Shown here: in pieces, positions 1 to 8,431 of the stretch
How positions within the stretch are numbered: the stretch's first letter is position 1
Layout of the letters: each line of letters opens with the position of its first letter
Assembly: GCA_963746995.1 (NCBI GenBank)
Contig: CAVVDF010000010.1
Coordinates: 25,641 to 89,640 of the forward strand
Length of the DNA stretch: 64,000 nucleotides
Source: an uncultured Actinomycetes bacterium
GTDB taxonomy: Bacteria; Actinomycetota; UBA4738; HRBIN12
Reading direction: 5' to 3'
Translations under genes and position numbers: made by a program
Notes under the pieces: model-generated
What the model was told of the DNA's origin: nothing
Databases searched by the model: none
The model's input: only the letters and a program-made list of their open reading frames with translations

Positions 1-811
1 AGACGAGGGAGTCCTGGTCCCCAGCAGCTGAGTAGTGTTCGGAGCCCGGGAGGGTCACCAATGTCGCCCCGGGGATGGCGCTCGCGACGTACGCTGCCTC
101 CTCCGTTCCCTCTTCGAACTCGCGCACGAGGCAGAGCGTCGGCACGCCGATCGACGGAAGCACGTCACGGATGTCGGTCGCATACGTGCGGCGGAGCAGC
201 TCCGCAGCGTCGCCGGGCGCGACCCAGTGGCGCTGGAGGCGCGCGTACCATCGAACGAGCTCGCGGTCACCGACCATCGAGGGCGTCACCTCACCCATGA
301 ACTCAGCCGCGTACGCGTCGGTCCCCCAGCCACTGCTGACGGCCTCGATGCCTGCCTGCGCTTCGTCCTCACTGACGCCCCACGGGTAGTCCTTCTCGCT
401 GGTCCCGCGAGCGGTCGGATCGAAGAGACAGAGGGCACGGACCCGGGGCGGATACATCGCGGTGAAGAGCGGGGCGACCATGTTTCCTGCGCTGACGATG
501 ACCGTCGACCGTGAACCCACCGTGTCCAGGACGGCGAGGATGTCCCGCGCTTCCGTCTCGAGATCGGGAAGGCCGGCGTATCGATCCGAAAGGCCGGTGC
601 CGCGCATATCGTGGCGAATCACCCGCGCGAATGCGTTCAGCTTCTCGGTCAGCGCGGGGATGAGGGGATGCTCCCACTGCAGTTCGAGCCCGCCGTTGAA
701 GCTGTGGAGCCACAAGATATCGACCGGACCGTCGCCCACGACGTGGTATGCGATGTGCACCCCGTCGGCGGTCGTCGCGTAGCGGGTCTCTGGCACGTCC
801 ATTGCGGGCAT
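1..811 (-). CDS. alpha/beta-hydrolase domain protein, N-terminal ~270 aa (3' end of the gene lies beyond the left window edge); fourth member of the LipJ-like hydrolase(-cyclase) paralog array
   Basis: Absent from the ORF track because its stop is outside the window. Hand translation of the complement from ATG 811-809: MPAMDVPETRYATTADGVHIAYHVVGDGPVDILWLHSFNGG...VIRHDMRGTGLSD...TLVTLPGSEHY. I checked every codon of this frame down to nt 2 and found no stop. The N-terminal motif (RYA..D...IAY.V.GDGP.D) matches the paralogs at 910-5291. Confidence 0.75.
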   Translation of the reverse strand, partial: MPAMDVPETRYATTADGVHIAYHVVGDGPVDILWLHSFNGGLELQWEHPLIPALTEKLNAFARVIRHDMRGTGLSDRYAGLPDLETEARDILAVLDTVGSRSTVIVSAGNMVAPLFTAMYPPRVRALCLFDPTARGTSEKDYPWGVSEDEAQAGIEAVSSGWGTDAYAAEFMGEVTPSMVGDRELVRWYARLQRHWVAPGDAAELLRRTYATDIRDVLPSIGVPTLCLVREFEEGTEEAAYVASAIPGATLVTLPGSEHYSAAGDQDSLV

Positions 812-909
812 CTTCCTCATCAGCGCGCTAGGGCACAACCGCCCCGGCGGAGGGCTGCCGGTAAGAGACCTCAGCTTCGTCAGTCGATCGACCTCTGTGC
901 CGTCGAAGG

Positions 910-2254
910 TCAGCTCACCACCCGGTAGAGGCGCCAGCGGTCGGGAACCCCTTTCAGCTCGTGTTCGCCTGCATCCTCGAAGGTGAGACCCGATCCGGCC
1001 ACGAGGTCTTTCACCGTCCGGGAAACGAGCACCTCGGACGGGCCGGCGAGGGCAGCCACGCGCGCCCCGATATGCACCGCGAGTCCTCGGATATCACTGC
1101 CGTCGTGCTCGACCTCGCCGGTGTGCACGCCCGCTCGTATCTCCAGATCGATGCCACGAACGCTGGAGGCGATCGCCGATGCGCATGCCGTCGCGCGAGC
1201 CGGGCCATCGAACAATGCGAGAAACCCGTCACCGGTGGATGAGACGTAGCGGCCGCTAAACCGGGCGATCTCGCGCTTGGCGATCACGTCGTGCTCGGAC
1301 AGCAGAGCCTTCCAAGGGCCGTCGCCCAGCGCCGCGGCGCGTTCCGTGGAGCCGACGATGTCGGTGAAGACGACCGTACCGAGTGTCCGACCCTCACCGT
1401 GCCCGACCGGGTGACCCACGACGAATCGCTCCACCTCGTCGAGCAACGCGTCGGCGTCGCCGAGGAACGGCCACCAATCCCTCCCGTCTAATCCGACGAA
1501 CGTCGCACCAGGGATCGACGCCGCCAGCTTGTGACTCCAGGACATGGGGTTGACCCCGTCATCGACCCGGTGCAGTACCTGGGTTGGAACCGCGATCGCG
1601 TCGAGGATCCCCGAGATGTCGGTCCCGTACAGCAGTTCGATGAACCCCGCGAACGATCCTGGACTCGCCGCATGGCGTTGCAGCCGCGAGAAGAATGTGT
1701 AGAGATCGCGATCGTGCAGGTAGGAGGGCAACAAGGAGGAGAACATCCCCTGCTCGAATGCTGGCTCCCCGAACGTCTTCTCCCATTCCGCGTTGTCTCG
1801 CGCGATCGCTTCTTCGGTTGCCGCCCTCGTCGATCTCTTGCTGGCGCTTCGAGATCGGCGTCGAGTACAACGACAGGGACCGGACCCGTCCTGGAACCGT
1901 CGCGGCGAGCATGGCGCAGAGCTGCCCACCTTCGTTGTGCCCAAGCAGTGCGGCCTGATGCGATCCGACGGCATCTAGCACGCAGAGGACATCCTTCGCG
2001 GCATCCTCGAGCGGCGGGAGCTCGTTGCGCGAGAAGCGGTCGGACATCCCGACCCCTCGCCGATCGATCGTGATCAACCGCGCCCATCCTGCGAGCCGTT
2101 CCATGAATGCCGCGGCCTGCGGGCACTCCCACATCATCTCGACGTCTGAGACGTAGCCCTGGATGTAGACGAGGTCGATAGGGCCGTCGCCGAGGACGCC
2201 GTACGCAATCGCGATGTCGCCATTCCGCGCGTACTGGGCGCGAGGGGGATTCAC
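910..2254 (-). pseudogene. alpha/beta-hydrolase + class III adenylate/guanylate cyclase (LipJ/Rv1900c-like), reading frame broken once
   Basis: Hydrolase half lies in ORF 1559..2326 (NGDIAIAYGVLGDGPIDLVYIQGY, IDRRGVGMSD, LLGHNEGG). Cyclase half lies in ORF 910..1974 (VVFTDIVGSTERAAALGD, STGDGFLALF, RAGVHTGEV, ends GVPDRWRLYRVVS). The frames meet at ~1823-1827 (coding strand GACGAGGGCGGCAACC: ..QEIDEGG / AATEEAIARDNAEW..), i.e. one extra base in a G run or two missing. GTG 2254 chosen by alignment to paralogs; ATG 2326 is also open. Confidence 0.7.
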
Positions 2255-2292
2255 GTCGCCAGTCCGTGCTCGCTGGACGCCACGCGCAAGGT

Positions 2293-2310
2293 GTTGCCCA
2301 AACTGTTGAC
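2293..2310. repeat. GTTGCCCAAA-N-TGTTG motif, copy upstream of the 910..2254 cyclase paralog
   Basis: gttgcccaaactgttgac; the same core recurs at 2529-2546 and 5418-5447. Confidence 0.4.
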
Positions 2311-2340
2311 CGGTCGTCGGCCTCAAGAGTCACGTCTGCT

Positions 2341-2424
2341 TCATGCTTTGGAGCGCAAGATGTCTTCGAGTCGCTTGGCCATCTCCGGCGAGGCACCCTC
2401 GTCCTCGTGCTTGAAGTGATCGCG
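2341..2424 (-). pseudogene. 3'-terminal relic (~27 codons) of a DUF72 family gene
   Basis: Complement translates ..CRDHFKHEDEGASPEMAKRLEDILRSKA*, matching the C-terminus of the intact DUF72 gene at 5478..6212 (..FCYFKHEDLGASPQMAKRLEDILHSKA*). The frame is closed by a stop just upstream, so only the tail survives. Confidence 0.65.
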
Positions 2425-2528
2425 GCATAGGCTCAGATACGTTGCAGCACAACGGGACTCTAGCACTGGGTAGTGCTCCGTATCAAGCCTCCCACGACCA
2501 GCGGTTTCACATTTCTGTCGGCGCTGAA

Positions 2529-2546
2529 GTTGCCCAAAGTGTTGGC
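2529..2546. repeat. GTTGCCCAAA-N-TGTTG motif, copy in the relic spacer
   Basis: gttgcccaaagtgttggc. Confidence 0.4.
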
Positions 2547-2596
2547 TGATTTGCTTTCGTTCGCGCTTCCTCTTGCGACCATCACGGTCGCCGAAG

Positions 2597-3940
2597 TCAG
2601 CTCACGACCCGATAGAGACGCCAGCGGTCGGGGACGCCCTTAAGCTCGTGTTCGCCGGCGTCCTCGAAGGTGAGACCAGAGCCGGTGGAAAGATCTCTGA
2701 CGGTCGACGACACGAGGATCTCGGACGGCCCTGCCTGCGACATCACTCGAGCGCCTATGTGTACCGCGATGCCTCGAACTCCATCTTCGATCACTTCGAC
2801 CTCACCGGTGTGCAAACCAGCGCGGATCTCCAGTCCGAGCTCCGAGACGGCGGCGGTCATGTCCGTCGCGCACCGGACGGCGCGACCGGGAGATGCGAAC
2901 GTCGCGAAGAAGCCGTCTCCGGCGGTGTCGACCTCCATCCCGTGATGGCGACGTAACAGGGCTCGAAGGATCTCGTGGTGACGTTGCAGGCGAGCGTGCC
3001 ACTCGGCGTCGCCGAGCTCGGCGGCCAGGGCAGTGGACGCCACGATGTCGGTGAACAACAACGTGGCGATGTTGATGTCGTGCTCTGGAGGTGCCAACGA
3101 TCCGGTGAGGAACCGCTGGACTTCGTCGGTCACAGGCTCCCAGTTGCCGGCCCACGGATACACGTCCTCACCGGGCAGCCGCACCCCCGTCGACCCGGGG
3201 ATGCGATCCGCCATGTACCGCGAGCCCTCCACCCGCCATGGATCGCTGCCGCGACTGATGAGGAGCGTGCGCGACCGGATGTCGGCCAACCGGTCTCGGA
3301 CGTCGAGCTCTCGCTGCTTCTTGATGTGGGACAAGACGGACCCTGGCCCCTCCGTCAGCCGCTGCATCGTGGCGAACCACGCGATCGCCTCTTCGTCATC
3401 GACGTGCGAGGGCAGCGCATCACGCACGAACGTACGAGCCCAGTCGTCCCAGTTGGTCGAGCGACGCACCGACTCGATGGTCGCTTCGAGTCCGGCCTCG
3501 GTGCCCCAGAACGGTTCCTCCGGCGTACCGATCTCTGTCGGCGCGACGTTGAACAGCACGAGCGAGGGGAAGCGCTCCGGGTGTGTCGCCGCGGCCAGCA
3601 GCCCGACCTCACCCAGATCCATCGATGCGAACAAGGCGGGCTGCCGGGCGTTCGCCGCGTCGAGCACTGCGATCAGGTCCGCGACGTGGTCCTCGAGCTC
3701 TGCGGCCTGGCCGGGCGCGAGGCGGTCGGAGCACCCCCATCCGCGCGGGTCATACAAGATCAGGCGCGAGAAAGACGCCAGGCGGTTGAGGAAGCGCGCG
3801 TGGTGGCTCCACATCCAATTCCCGTCCAGGTTGGAGCACCAGGGCGGTAGGTAGACGAGGTCGATCGGGCCGTCTCCGACGATCTGGTACGCGATCGCGA
3901 ACTCCTCGCTCCACGTGTAGGTGATGGGCGGACGCTTCAT
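2597..3940 (-). CDS. alpha/beta-hydrolase + class III adenylate/guanylate cyclase (LipJ/Rv1900c-like), intact copy
   Basis: MKRPPITYTWSEEFAIAYQIVGDGPIDLVYLP.., LLFTDIVASTALAAELGD, TAGDGFFATF, RAGLHTGEV, ends GVPDRWRLYRVVS. ATG at complement 3940-3938 chosen; the ORF-track extension to 4216 overlaps the upstream paralog. Upstream stop and this start share one base (TGATG). Confidence 0.9.
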   Translation of the reverse strand: MKRPPITYTWSEEFAIAYQIVGDGPIDLVYLPPWCSNLDGNWMWSHHARFLNRLASFSRLILYDPRGWGCSDRLAPGQAAELEDHVADLIAVLDAANARQPALFASMDLGEVGLLAAATHPERFPSLVLFNVAPTEIGTPEEPFWGTEAGLEATIESVRRSTNWDDWARTFVRDALPSHVDDEEAIAWFATMQRLTEGPGSVLSHIKKQRELDVRDRLADIRSRTLLISRGSDPWRVEGSRYMADRIPGSTGVRLPGEDVYPWAGNWEPVTDEVQRFLTGSLAPPEHDINIATLLFTDIVASTALAAELGDAEWHARLQRHHEILRALLRRHHGMEVDTAGDGFFATFASPGRAVRCATDMTAAVSELGLEIRAGLHTGEVEVIEDGVRGIAVHIGARVMSQAGPSEILVSSTVRDLSTGSGLTFEDAGEHELKGVPDRWRLYRVVS

Positions 3941-5291
3941 CAGGCCACCACCCGGTAGAGGCGCCAGCGGTCCGGGACGCCCTTGAGTTCGTGCTCGCCG
4001 GCGTCCTCGAACGAGAGTCCGGATCCAGCTGTGAGGTCCTTCACGGTCGACGTGACGAGCACTTCTGAGGCTCCGGCCAGCGAGGCGACCCTGGCTCCTA
4101 TCGCGATGCCGATCCCCCCGATCTCGCCGTCGATCGTTTCGACCTCGCCCGTGTGCACGCCCGCACGGATGGGAAGGCCCGCTGCTTGGGCCTCCTTCGC
4201 GATCTCGACCGCACACCGAGCGGCGGCGGCGGGCCCATCGAACGTCGCGAGGAAGCCGTCACCAGCTGTGCTGATCTCGCGACCCCCGTGGTGGGCGAAC
4301 GACCGCCGTGTGGCCGCCAGGTGGTCCTCGAGTGCTCGCTTCCAGGCACTGCCACCGAGCTCGGCCGAGCGTTCTGTCGAGCCGACGATGTCGGTGAAGA
4401 GGACGGTGGCCAGGCGCCGCTCGGCCGGGGGTGTGTCGCGGGAGCCTGTCACGAATTCGCGGATCTCTGCGAGCACGGGTTCGGACTCGCCATACCACGG
4501 CGGGGCGTCGCGACCCGGCAGTTCCACGTGCTTCGCACCCGAGATCCGCTCGGCGACGACGCGTGCGCTCCGATGGTCCGACCAGCCCGTGGCGTCAGGG
4601 CGTGAAAGCACCAGCGTCGGGATCCGTATGGTCGGGAGCAGATCCAGGAGGTCGACCCCGTTGAACATGCGCTGGTCCCAGTACCACGCCTCGGGAGTGC
4701 CGGACAGCGCCGACATGGCTTGCAGGATCGACACGATCTGTGGATCACCGGCCCGAGACGGGACGAGTTCTCGTGCGTACTGCTCCCCCCACGCGTGCAG
4801 GTCGGTGGCCTTGCGGATCACGCCGAGCTCATGCTGCAGCTGGTCCTCAGTACGTTCCCACGGCAACTCGTCGGAGCGCCGCCAGCTGGCGGCTGGGCTG
4901 AACAGGATCAGCCCGTCGAACCGATCCGGGTGCGTCGCGGCCGCCATCATCGCGATGAACGCGGACTCGAATCCGCCCATCAGGATCGGCCGGTTCACGT
5001 ACGCGTCCTCCATGATCGTCAGCAAATCCTCAACGAGGTCTTCGAGAGTGGCGGACTGCCCGGGGGGAGCGGATCCGAGCAACCCATCCCTCGACGATCG
5101 GTCAGGATGAGTCGCGAGAACGACGCGAGGCGTTCCAGGTACCGCGCGTTCTCCGGAAGGAGCCAATGACCGACGATCGTTGGCGTCTCGAACTGGAGGT
5201 AGACGAGGTCGCGCGGACCCGTGCCCACGACCTGGTAGGCGAGGAGTAGGTCGTCGTTCTTCGCGTACCGAACGCCCGGGATCACGGCCAT
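3940..5291 (-). pseudogene. alpha/beta-hydrolase + class III cyclase (LipJ-like), reading frame broken once in a homopolymer
   Basis: N-terminus lies in ORF 5019..5426 (MAVIPGVRYAKNDDLLLAYQVVGTGPRDLVYLQ..TDRRGMGCSDPLPPG). The rest lies in ORF 3940..5166 (QSATLEDLVEDL..VLFTDIVGSTERSAELGG..TAGDGFLATF..RAGVHTGEV..GVPDRWRLYRVVA). The frames join inside the C3G6 tract at 5059-5067. Adding one base restores ..CSDPLPPGQSATLEDL.., collinear with ..CSDRLAPGQAAELEDH.. of the intact paralog. Confidence 0.75.
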
Positions 5292-5417
5292 GCGGTCACC
5301 ACAAGGCAGGGGAGCCAGCTGTCGTGGACGCCTGCGTCGGCGCCATCCTTGAAGTGCCGGACGCTCTTCGTTCTTCACCTCGTCAGTCTCGTTCGCGCCG
5401 GACACCAGGCGCAAATT

Positions 5418-5447
5418 GTTGCCCAAACCGTTGCCCGAACCGTTGCC
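5418..5447. repeat. three tandem ~12-nt units of the GTTGCCC(A/G)AAC motif upstream of the 3940..5291 paralog
   Basis: gttgcccaaac cgttgcccgaac cgttgcc read directly from the sequence. Confidence 0.45.
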
Positions 5448-5477
5448 TGGCCGGCCCCCGAAGACTTGACATCTGCT

Positions 5478-6212
5478 TCATGCTTTGGAGTGCAAGATGT
5501 CTTCCAGACGCTTCGCCATCTGGGGACTTGCCCCCAGATCCTCATGCTTGAAGTAACAGAAGATCGTGGCGCCGCCGTCGAGTGCCGGACCGATCCGACC
5601 CGCCCACTGTCCGAGTTCCTCGTCGCTGTACTCGGTCTTGCGCAGCCGGAAGTAGCCGACCGGTTCCCAGGATATGTCCTCGGGCGCCGGATCCTTCTCG
5701 TCGGTCTGCGCCACACACCAGCCGACGCCTGCCTCAAGGAGCCGTTCCCGCGCCGCCGACCATGAGTCGTGCCGGAACTCCATCGCGTACGCGGGTCCGT
5801 CGGTCGGCAACGTCGCAAGGAAGTCGTCCAGGAGCGCCGGATCGTAGGGGAGGGATGGCGGGCATTGGAACAGCACGCATCCGAGTCGGTCGCCGAGCAG
5901 CTTCCCGCGGGTGATGAAGGCCGTCACGTCCTCACCGACATCGCGCAGCTTCTTCCAGTGGGTGATCTTCTGGCTCGCTTTCAGCGTGAACACGAACCCG
6001 TCTGCCGCCTTCGAGCGCCATTTCTCGAGCGTCTTCTCCGACGGGAAGTGTCGGAAGGTGTAGTTGATCTCGACCGAGGACAGCTGCGTCGAGTAGTAGT
6101 CGAGCATGTCGTCCTTCTTGAGGTCCTCGGGGTAGAAGACGCCCTTGCGCCACTCGTCGTACGCGAACCCCGACGTACCCAGGTAGAAGTGACCGGCCAT
6201 GCCGTGCATCAT
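5478..6212 (-). CDS. DUF72 (YecE-like) family protein
   Basis: 244-aa ORF with YLGTSGFAYDEWRKGVFYP..VEINYTFRHFP..FVFTLKASQKITH, typical of DUF72. The start may be the internal MAGHFYLG (6200). Confidence 0.88.
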   Translation of the reverse strand: MMHGMAGHFYLGTSGFAYDEWRKGVFYPEDLKKDDMLDYYSTQLSSVEINYTFRHFPSEKTLEKWRSKAADGFVFTLKASQKITHWKKLRDVGEDVTAFITRGKLLGDRLGCVLFQCPPSLPYDPALLDDFLATLPTDGPAYAMEFRHDSWSAARERLLEAGVGWCVAQTDEKDPAPEDISWEPVGYFRLRKTEYSDEELGQWAGRIGPALDGGATIFCYFKHEDLGASPQMAKRLEDILHSKA

Positions 6213-6220
6213 GGCACGCG

Positions 6221-6868
6221 ATGAGTGAACGCTTCCGGCTGCCGACGCCCAAGGGAGATGTGAGCGCCGCGTGGCACGACGCGGCCGGACCCGCCTTGGT
6301 CGTCGCGCACGGCGCGGGCGCCGGGATGGACCACCCGTTCATCGAGGGTTTCTGCGACGCGCTTGCCGCCGCAGGGATGAGCGCCCTGCGGTTCAACTTC
6401 CCCTACCTCGAGGCGGGCAGGAAGAGCCCGGGTTCGCCGAAGGACGCGACCGCGGCCGTGGCTGCTGCGGTCGATGCGGCCACCACCCGCTCCGGCGGCC
6501 GGCCGGTGTTCGCCGGCGGCAAGAGCTACGGCGGGCGGATGGCCTCGATGGCCGCCGCCGAAGGTATGCCGGCCGCCGGCCTCGTGTTCCTCGGGTATCC
6601 GTTGCACCCGCCGGGCAAACCTGACCAGGTGCGCGACGAGCACTTGTACGACCTCACCCAGCCGATGCTGTTCCTGCAAGGCACGAAGGATCCGTTCGCG
6701 CAGCCCGAGGTGCTCGCCGGCGTCCTCGCTCGACTCGGCCCCCGCGCCGCGTACGTGCCCTTCGAGGGCGCAGGGCACTCTTTCGAACGGTCGCGGTCCG
6801 ACGACAAACGCGCGAACGCCGCGGCGTTGGTGCCACCCGTCGCGACGTTCATCGGGGAGCACACCTGA
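6221..6868 (+). CDS. alpha/beta-fold hydrolase (COG3571 / dienelactone-hydrolase-like)
   Basis: VVAHGAGAGMDHPF, GGKSYGGRMAS (G-x-S-x-G elbow), LFLQGTKDPF, GAGHSF. Confidence 0.85.
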   Translation: MSERFRLPTPKGDVSAAWHDAAGPALVVAHGAGAGMDHPFIEGFCDALAAAGMSALRFNFPYLEAGRKSPGSPKDATAAVAAAVDAATTRSGGRPVFAGGKSYGGRMASMAAAEGMPAAGLVFLGYPLHPPGKPDQVRDEHLYDLTQPMLFLQGTKDPFAQPEVLAGVLARLGPRAAYVPFEGAGHSFERSRSDDKRANAAALVPPVATFIGEHT

Positions 6869-7161
6869 TGCCGCGCAAGAACCGCCGGGCGCCGCTCGAG
6901 TACCTGCCGTCGCCCGCGCCACGCGGGAACCCCCGGGCGCCGGCTTGGGCGATCGTCGACGGCTTCGAGGTTCGCGAGGTCGCGAGCGACAAGGACTACC
7001 GATGCCCGGGCTGCGACCACGTCGTGCGCCCCGGATTGCGACACCTGGTGGTGGTCCCCGACGGCGCCGCGGACGATCGACGTCACTGGCACACCGAGTG
7101 CTGGCGCAAGGAGTTGCGGCGGCTCGGTGTGTTGCGCAGATCCGCCGGTGACCAGGGGTAG
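6868..7161 (+). CDS. conserved small zinc-ribbon-like protein (hypothetical)
   Basis: 97 aa with YRCPGCDHVV ... RRHWHTECW. The start shares one base with the upstream stop (TGATG). GC-rich third codon positions. Confidence 0.6.
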   Translation: MPRKNRRAPLEYLPSPAPRGNPRAPAWAIVDGFEVREVASDKDYRCPGCDHVVRPGLRHLVVVPDGAADDRRHWHTECWRKELRRLGVLRRSAGDQG

Positions 7162-7171
7162 CATCGCGTCG

Positions 7172-7327
7172 ATGGCGTCGCCGGAGATCGTCAAGCAGAC
7201 CGTATGTCTGCCCGTGAGCGAGTCGAAGCGCGTGCCATGCGACCTCTGCGGGCACCCGATGGAGCCCGAACACGCGCACTACAAGTGCCCGGAATGCCAC
7301 TACATCCTGCCCTGCTGCGGCTGGTAA
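7172..7327 (+). CDS. 51-aa Cys-rich zinc-ribbon protein (hypothetical)
   Basis: MASPEIVKQTVCLPVSESKRVPCDLCGHPMEPEHAHYKCPECHYILPCCGW, with two CxxC pairs. Internal ATG of ORF 7127..7327 chosen so it does not overlap the upstream gene. Confidence 0.5.
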   Translation: MASPEIVKQTVCLPVSESKRVPCDLCGHPMEPEHAHYKCPECHYILPCCGW

Positions 7328-7355
7328 CGGCTTGCCTCGCTGAGCGACACTGTCA

Positions 7356-7361
7356 TACGCT
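7356..7361 (+). promoter_or_regulatory. -10-like hexamer TACGCT, 6 nt before GTG 7368 (leaderless arrangement)
   Basis: tacgct-tcagaa-GTG read from the sequence; part of the recurrent TANNNT-N6/7-start pattern. Confidence 0.4.
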
Positions 7362-7367
7362 TCAGAA

Positions 7368-7733
7368 GTGATGGCGGAGCGGGTGCGAGCGCGGATGTGG
7401 CAACTCGGCGGTCGGTGGTACGCACACGTGTTGGACGCCCCGATGTTCGTGGAGACCACGGGGACCTCGCGTGACGGCTGTATCGAGGAATTGCGGAAGC
7501 ACGTGGGGGAGGACGCGGTCCTCACGATCGACGTGATCCCCGAGCTCGTGGGGGTCGCCGAGGCCGCCGAGATCATGGGTTGGGATAAGCGCCGCGTGAT
7601 CACCTATATCGACCGGGGTCACTTCCCGGAGCCGATCGCGTCGTTGGCGGGCGGCCGCATCTGGCTGCGCGAGGACGTCGATGCGTACGCGGCCGAGTGG
7701 CGTGCGCGACACCCGACGAGCGTGGGCGTGTGA
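7368..7733 (+). CDS. HicB/DUF1902-like N-terminal domain fused to an excisionase/MerR-type helix-turn-helix (putative regulator)
   Basis: GGRWYAHVLDAPMFVETTGTSRDGCIEELRKHV (HicB-like beta-alpha fold pattern), then VGVAEAAEIMGWDKRRVITYIDRGHFPEP..GRIWLREDVDAY (HTH_17-like). Assignment by eye only. Confidence 0.65.
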   Translation: MMAERVRARMWQLGGRWYAHVLDAPMFVETTGTSRDGCIEELRKHVGEDAVLTIDVIPELVGVAEAAEIMGWDKRRVITYIDRGHFPEPIASLAGGRIWLREDVDAYAAEWRARHPTSVGV

Positions 7734-8431
7734 CCGAACGCCGCCTGTACCTGATCCGTCACGGCAAGGCCGACCACCGTTCGTCGCGACAAGTCGAGAC
7801 GTTACGAGGGCCGGCGTCGGACCCGCCGCTGGACGACGTCGGCAGGGCGCAGGCGCTCGCGCTGACACGGCGGTTGCGCATGATGCCTCGGCCGTCGGCG
7901 ATCTATTGCTCCACACTCCTGCGCGCTCGCGAGACGATCCAGCCATTCCTCGATGCGACAGGCGATGAGGCGATCTACCGGGACGACCTCGTGGAGTGGC
8001 ACGGCGGCGACTGGGAGCTGAAGGAGTTCGAAGAACTGCTGGGCGAACACCCGGAGATGCCGACGCGCATCTTGTTCCAAGACCCAGTGTTCCTGTTGGC
8101 GCCCAACGCGGAGCCGGTGCACGCGTTCCGCGAGCGGGTCGTCGGCGCGGTCGACGGGATCATCGCGGCGCACTCGGACGGCGATCTCTGGGTCGTGTGC
8201 CACGGCGGCGTGATCAACGCCTACGTTGGGTCGATCCTCGGCGTCGAGGAGCAGGAGATGTTCTTCCTGCCGGCGAACTCCAGCATCAATACGGTGAAGC
8301 TCGACGGGGACCGGCGCACGATGTGGTTCCTCGGCGACGACACGCACTACACGACTCCCGAGCTGTTCCCGGATCGGGACGACGCCGGCTCGGTAGGCTC
8401 AGCACACGCAGAGCGAAGGAGCGACCCGTGA
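7730..8431 (+). CDS. histidine phosphatase family protein (phosphoglycerate-mutase-like)
   Basis: VTERRLYLIRHGKA (RHG motif) ..PPLDDVGRAQA..STLLRARET..VVCHGGVI. GTG 7730 overlaps the upstream stop (GTGA). Confidence 0.85.
   Translation: MTERRLYLIRHGKADHRSSRQVETLRGPASDPPLDDVGRAQALALTRRLRMMPRPSAIYCSTLLRARETIQPFLDATGDEAIYRDDLVEWHGGDWELKEFEELLGEHPEMPTRILFQDPVFLLAPNAEPVHAFRERVVGAVDGIIAAHSDGDLWVVCHGGVINAYVGSILGVEEQEMFFLPANSSINTVKLDGDRRTMWFLGDDTHYTTPELFPDRDDAGSVGSAHAERRSDP

Noticed and set aside
2597-4216. Long N-terminal extensions given by the ORF track (also 36059..38179, 50482..52383, 56815..58509, 58218..59882, 30831..32099, 20471..23419)
   Set aside because: The extensions are Arg-rich, overlap neighbouring genes, and precede internal starts that match family N-termini and/or carry an RBS or TANNNT hexamer. 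CDS were trimmed accordingly.
1-5291. Cyclase array as a Pycsar/CBASS-like anti-phage signalling system
   Set aside because: The cyclase domains are fused to alpha/beta-hydrolase domains (LipJ architecture). No adjacent effector gene (TM, TIR, nuclease or patatin) is present, and the neighbours are a DUF72 gene and hydrolases.
7172-7327. 51-aa zinc-ribbon ORF as a HicA toxin partner of the HicB-like protein
   Set aside because: It has no resemblance to the HicA dsRBD-like fold or sequence. It is kept only as a speculative partner in the findings.
6209-7603. 464-aa minus-strand ORF overlapping the hydrolase and zinc-ribbon genes
   Set aside because: Arg/Pro-rich spurious frame; the plus-strand genes carry recognisable motifs and coupled start/stop codons.
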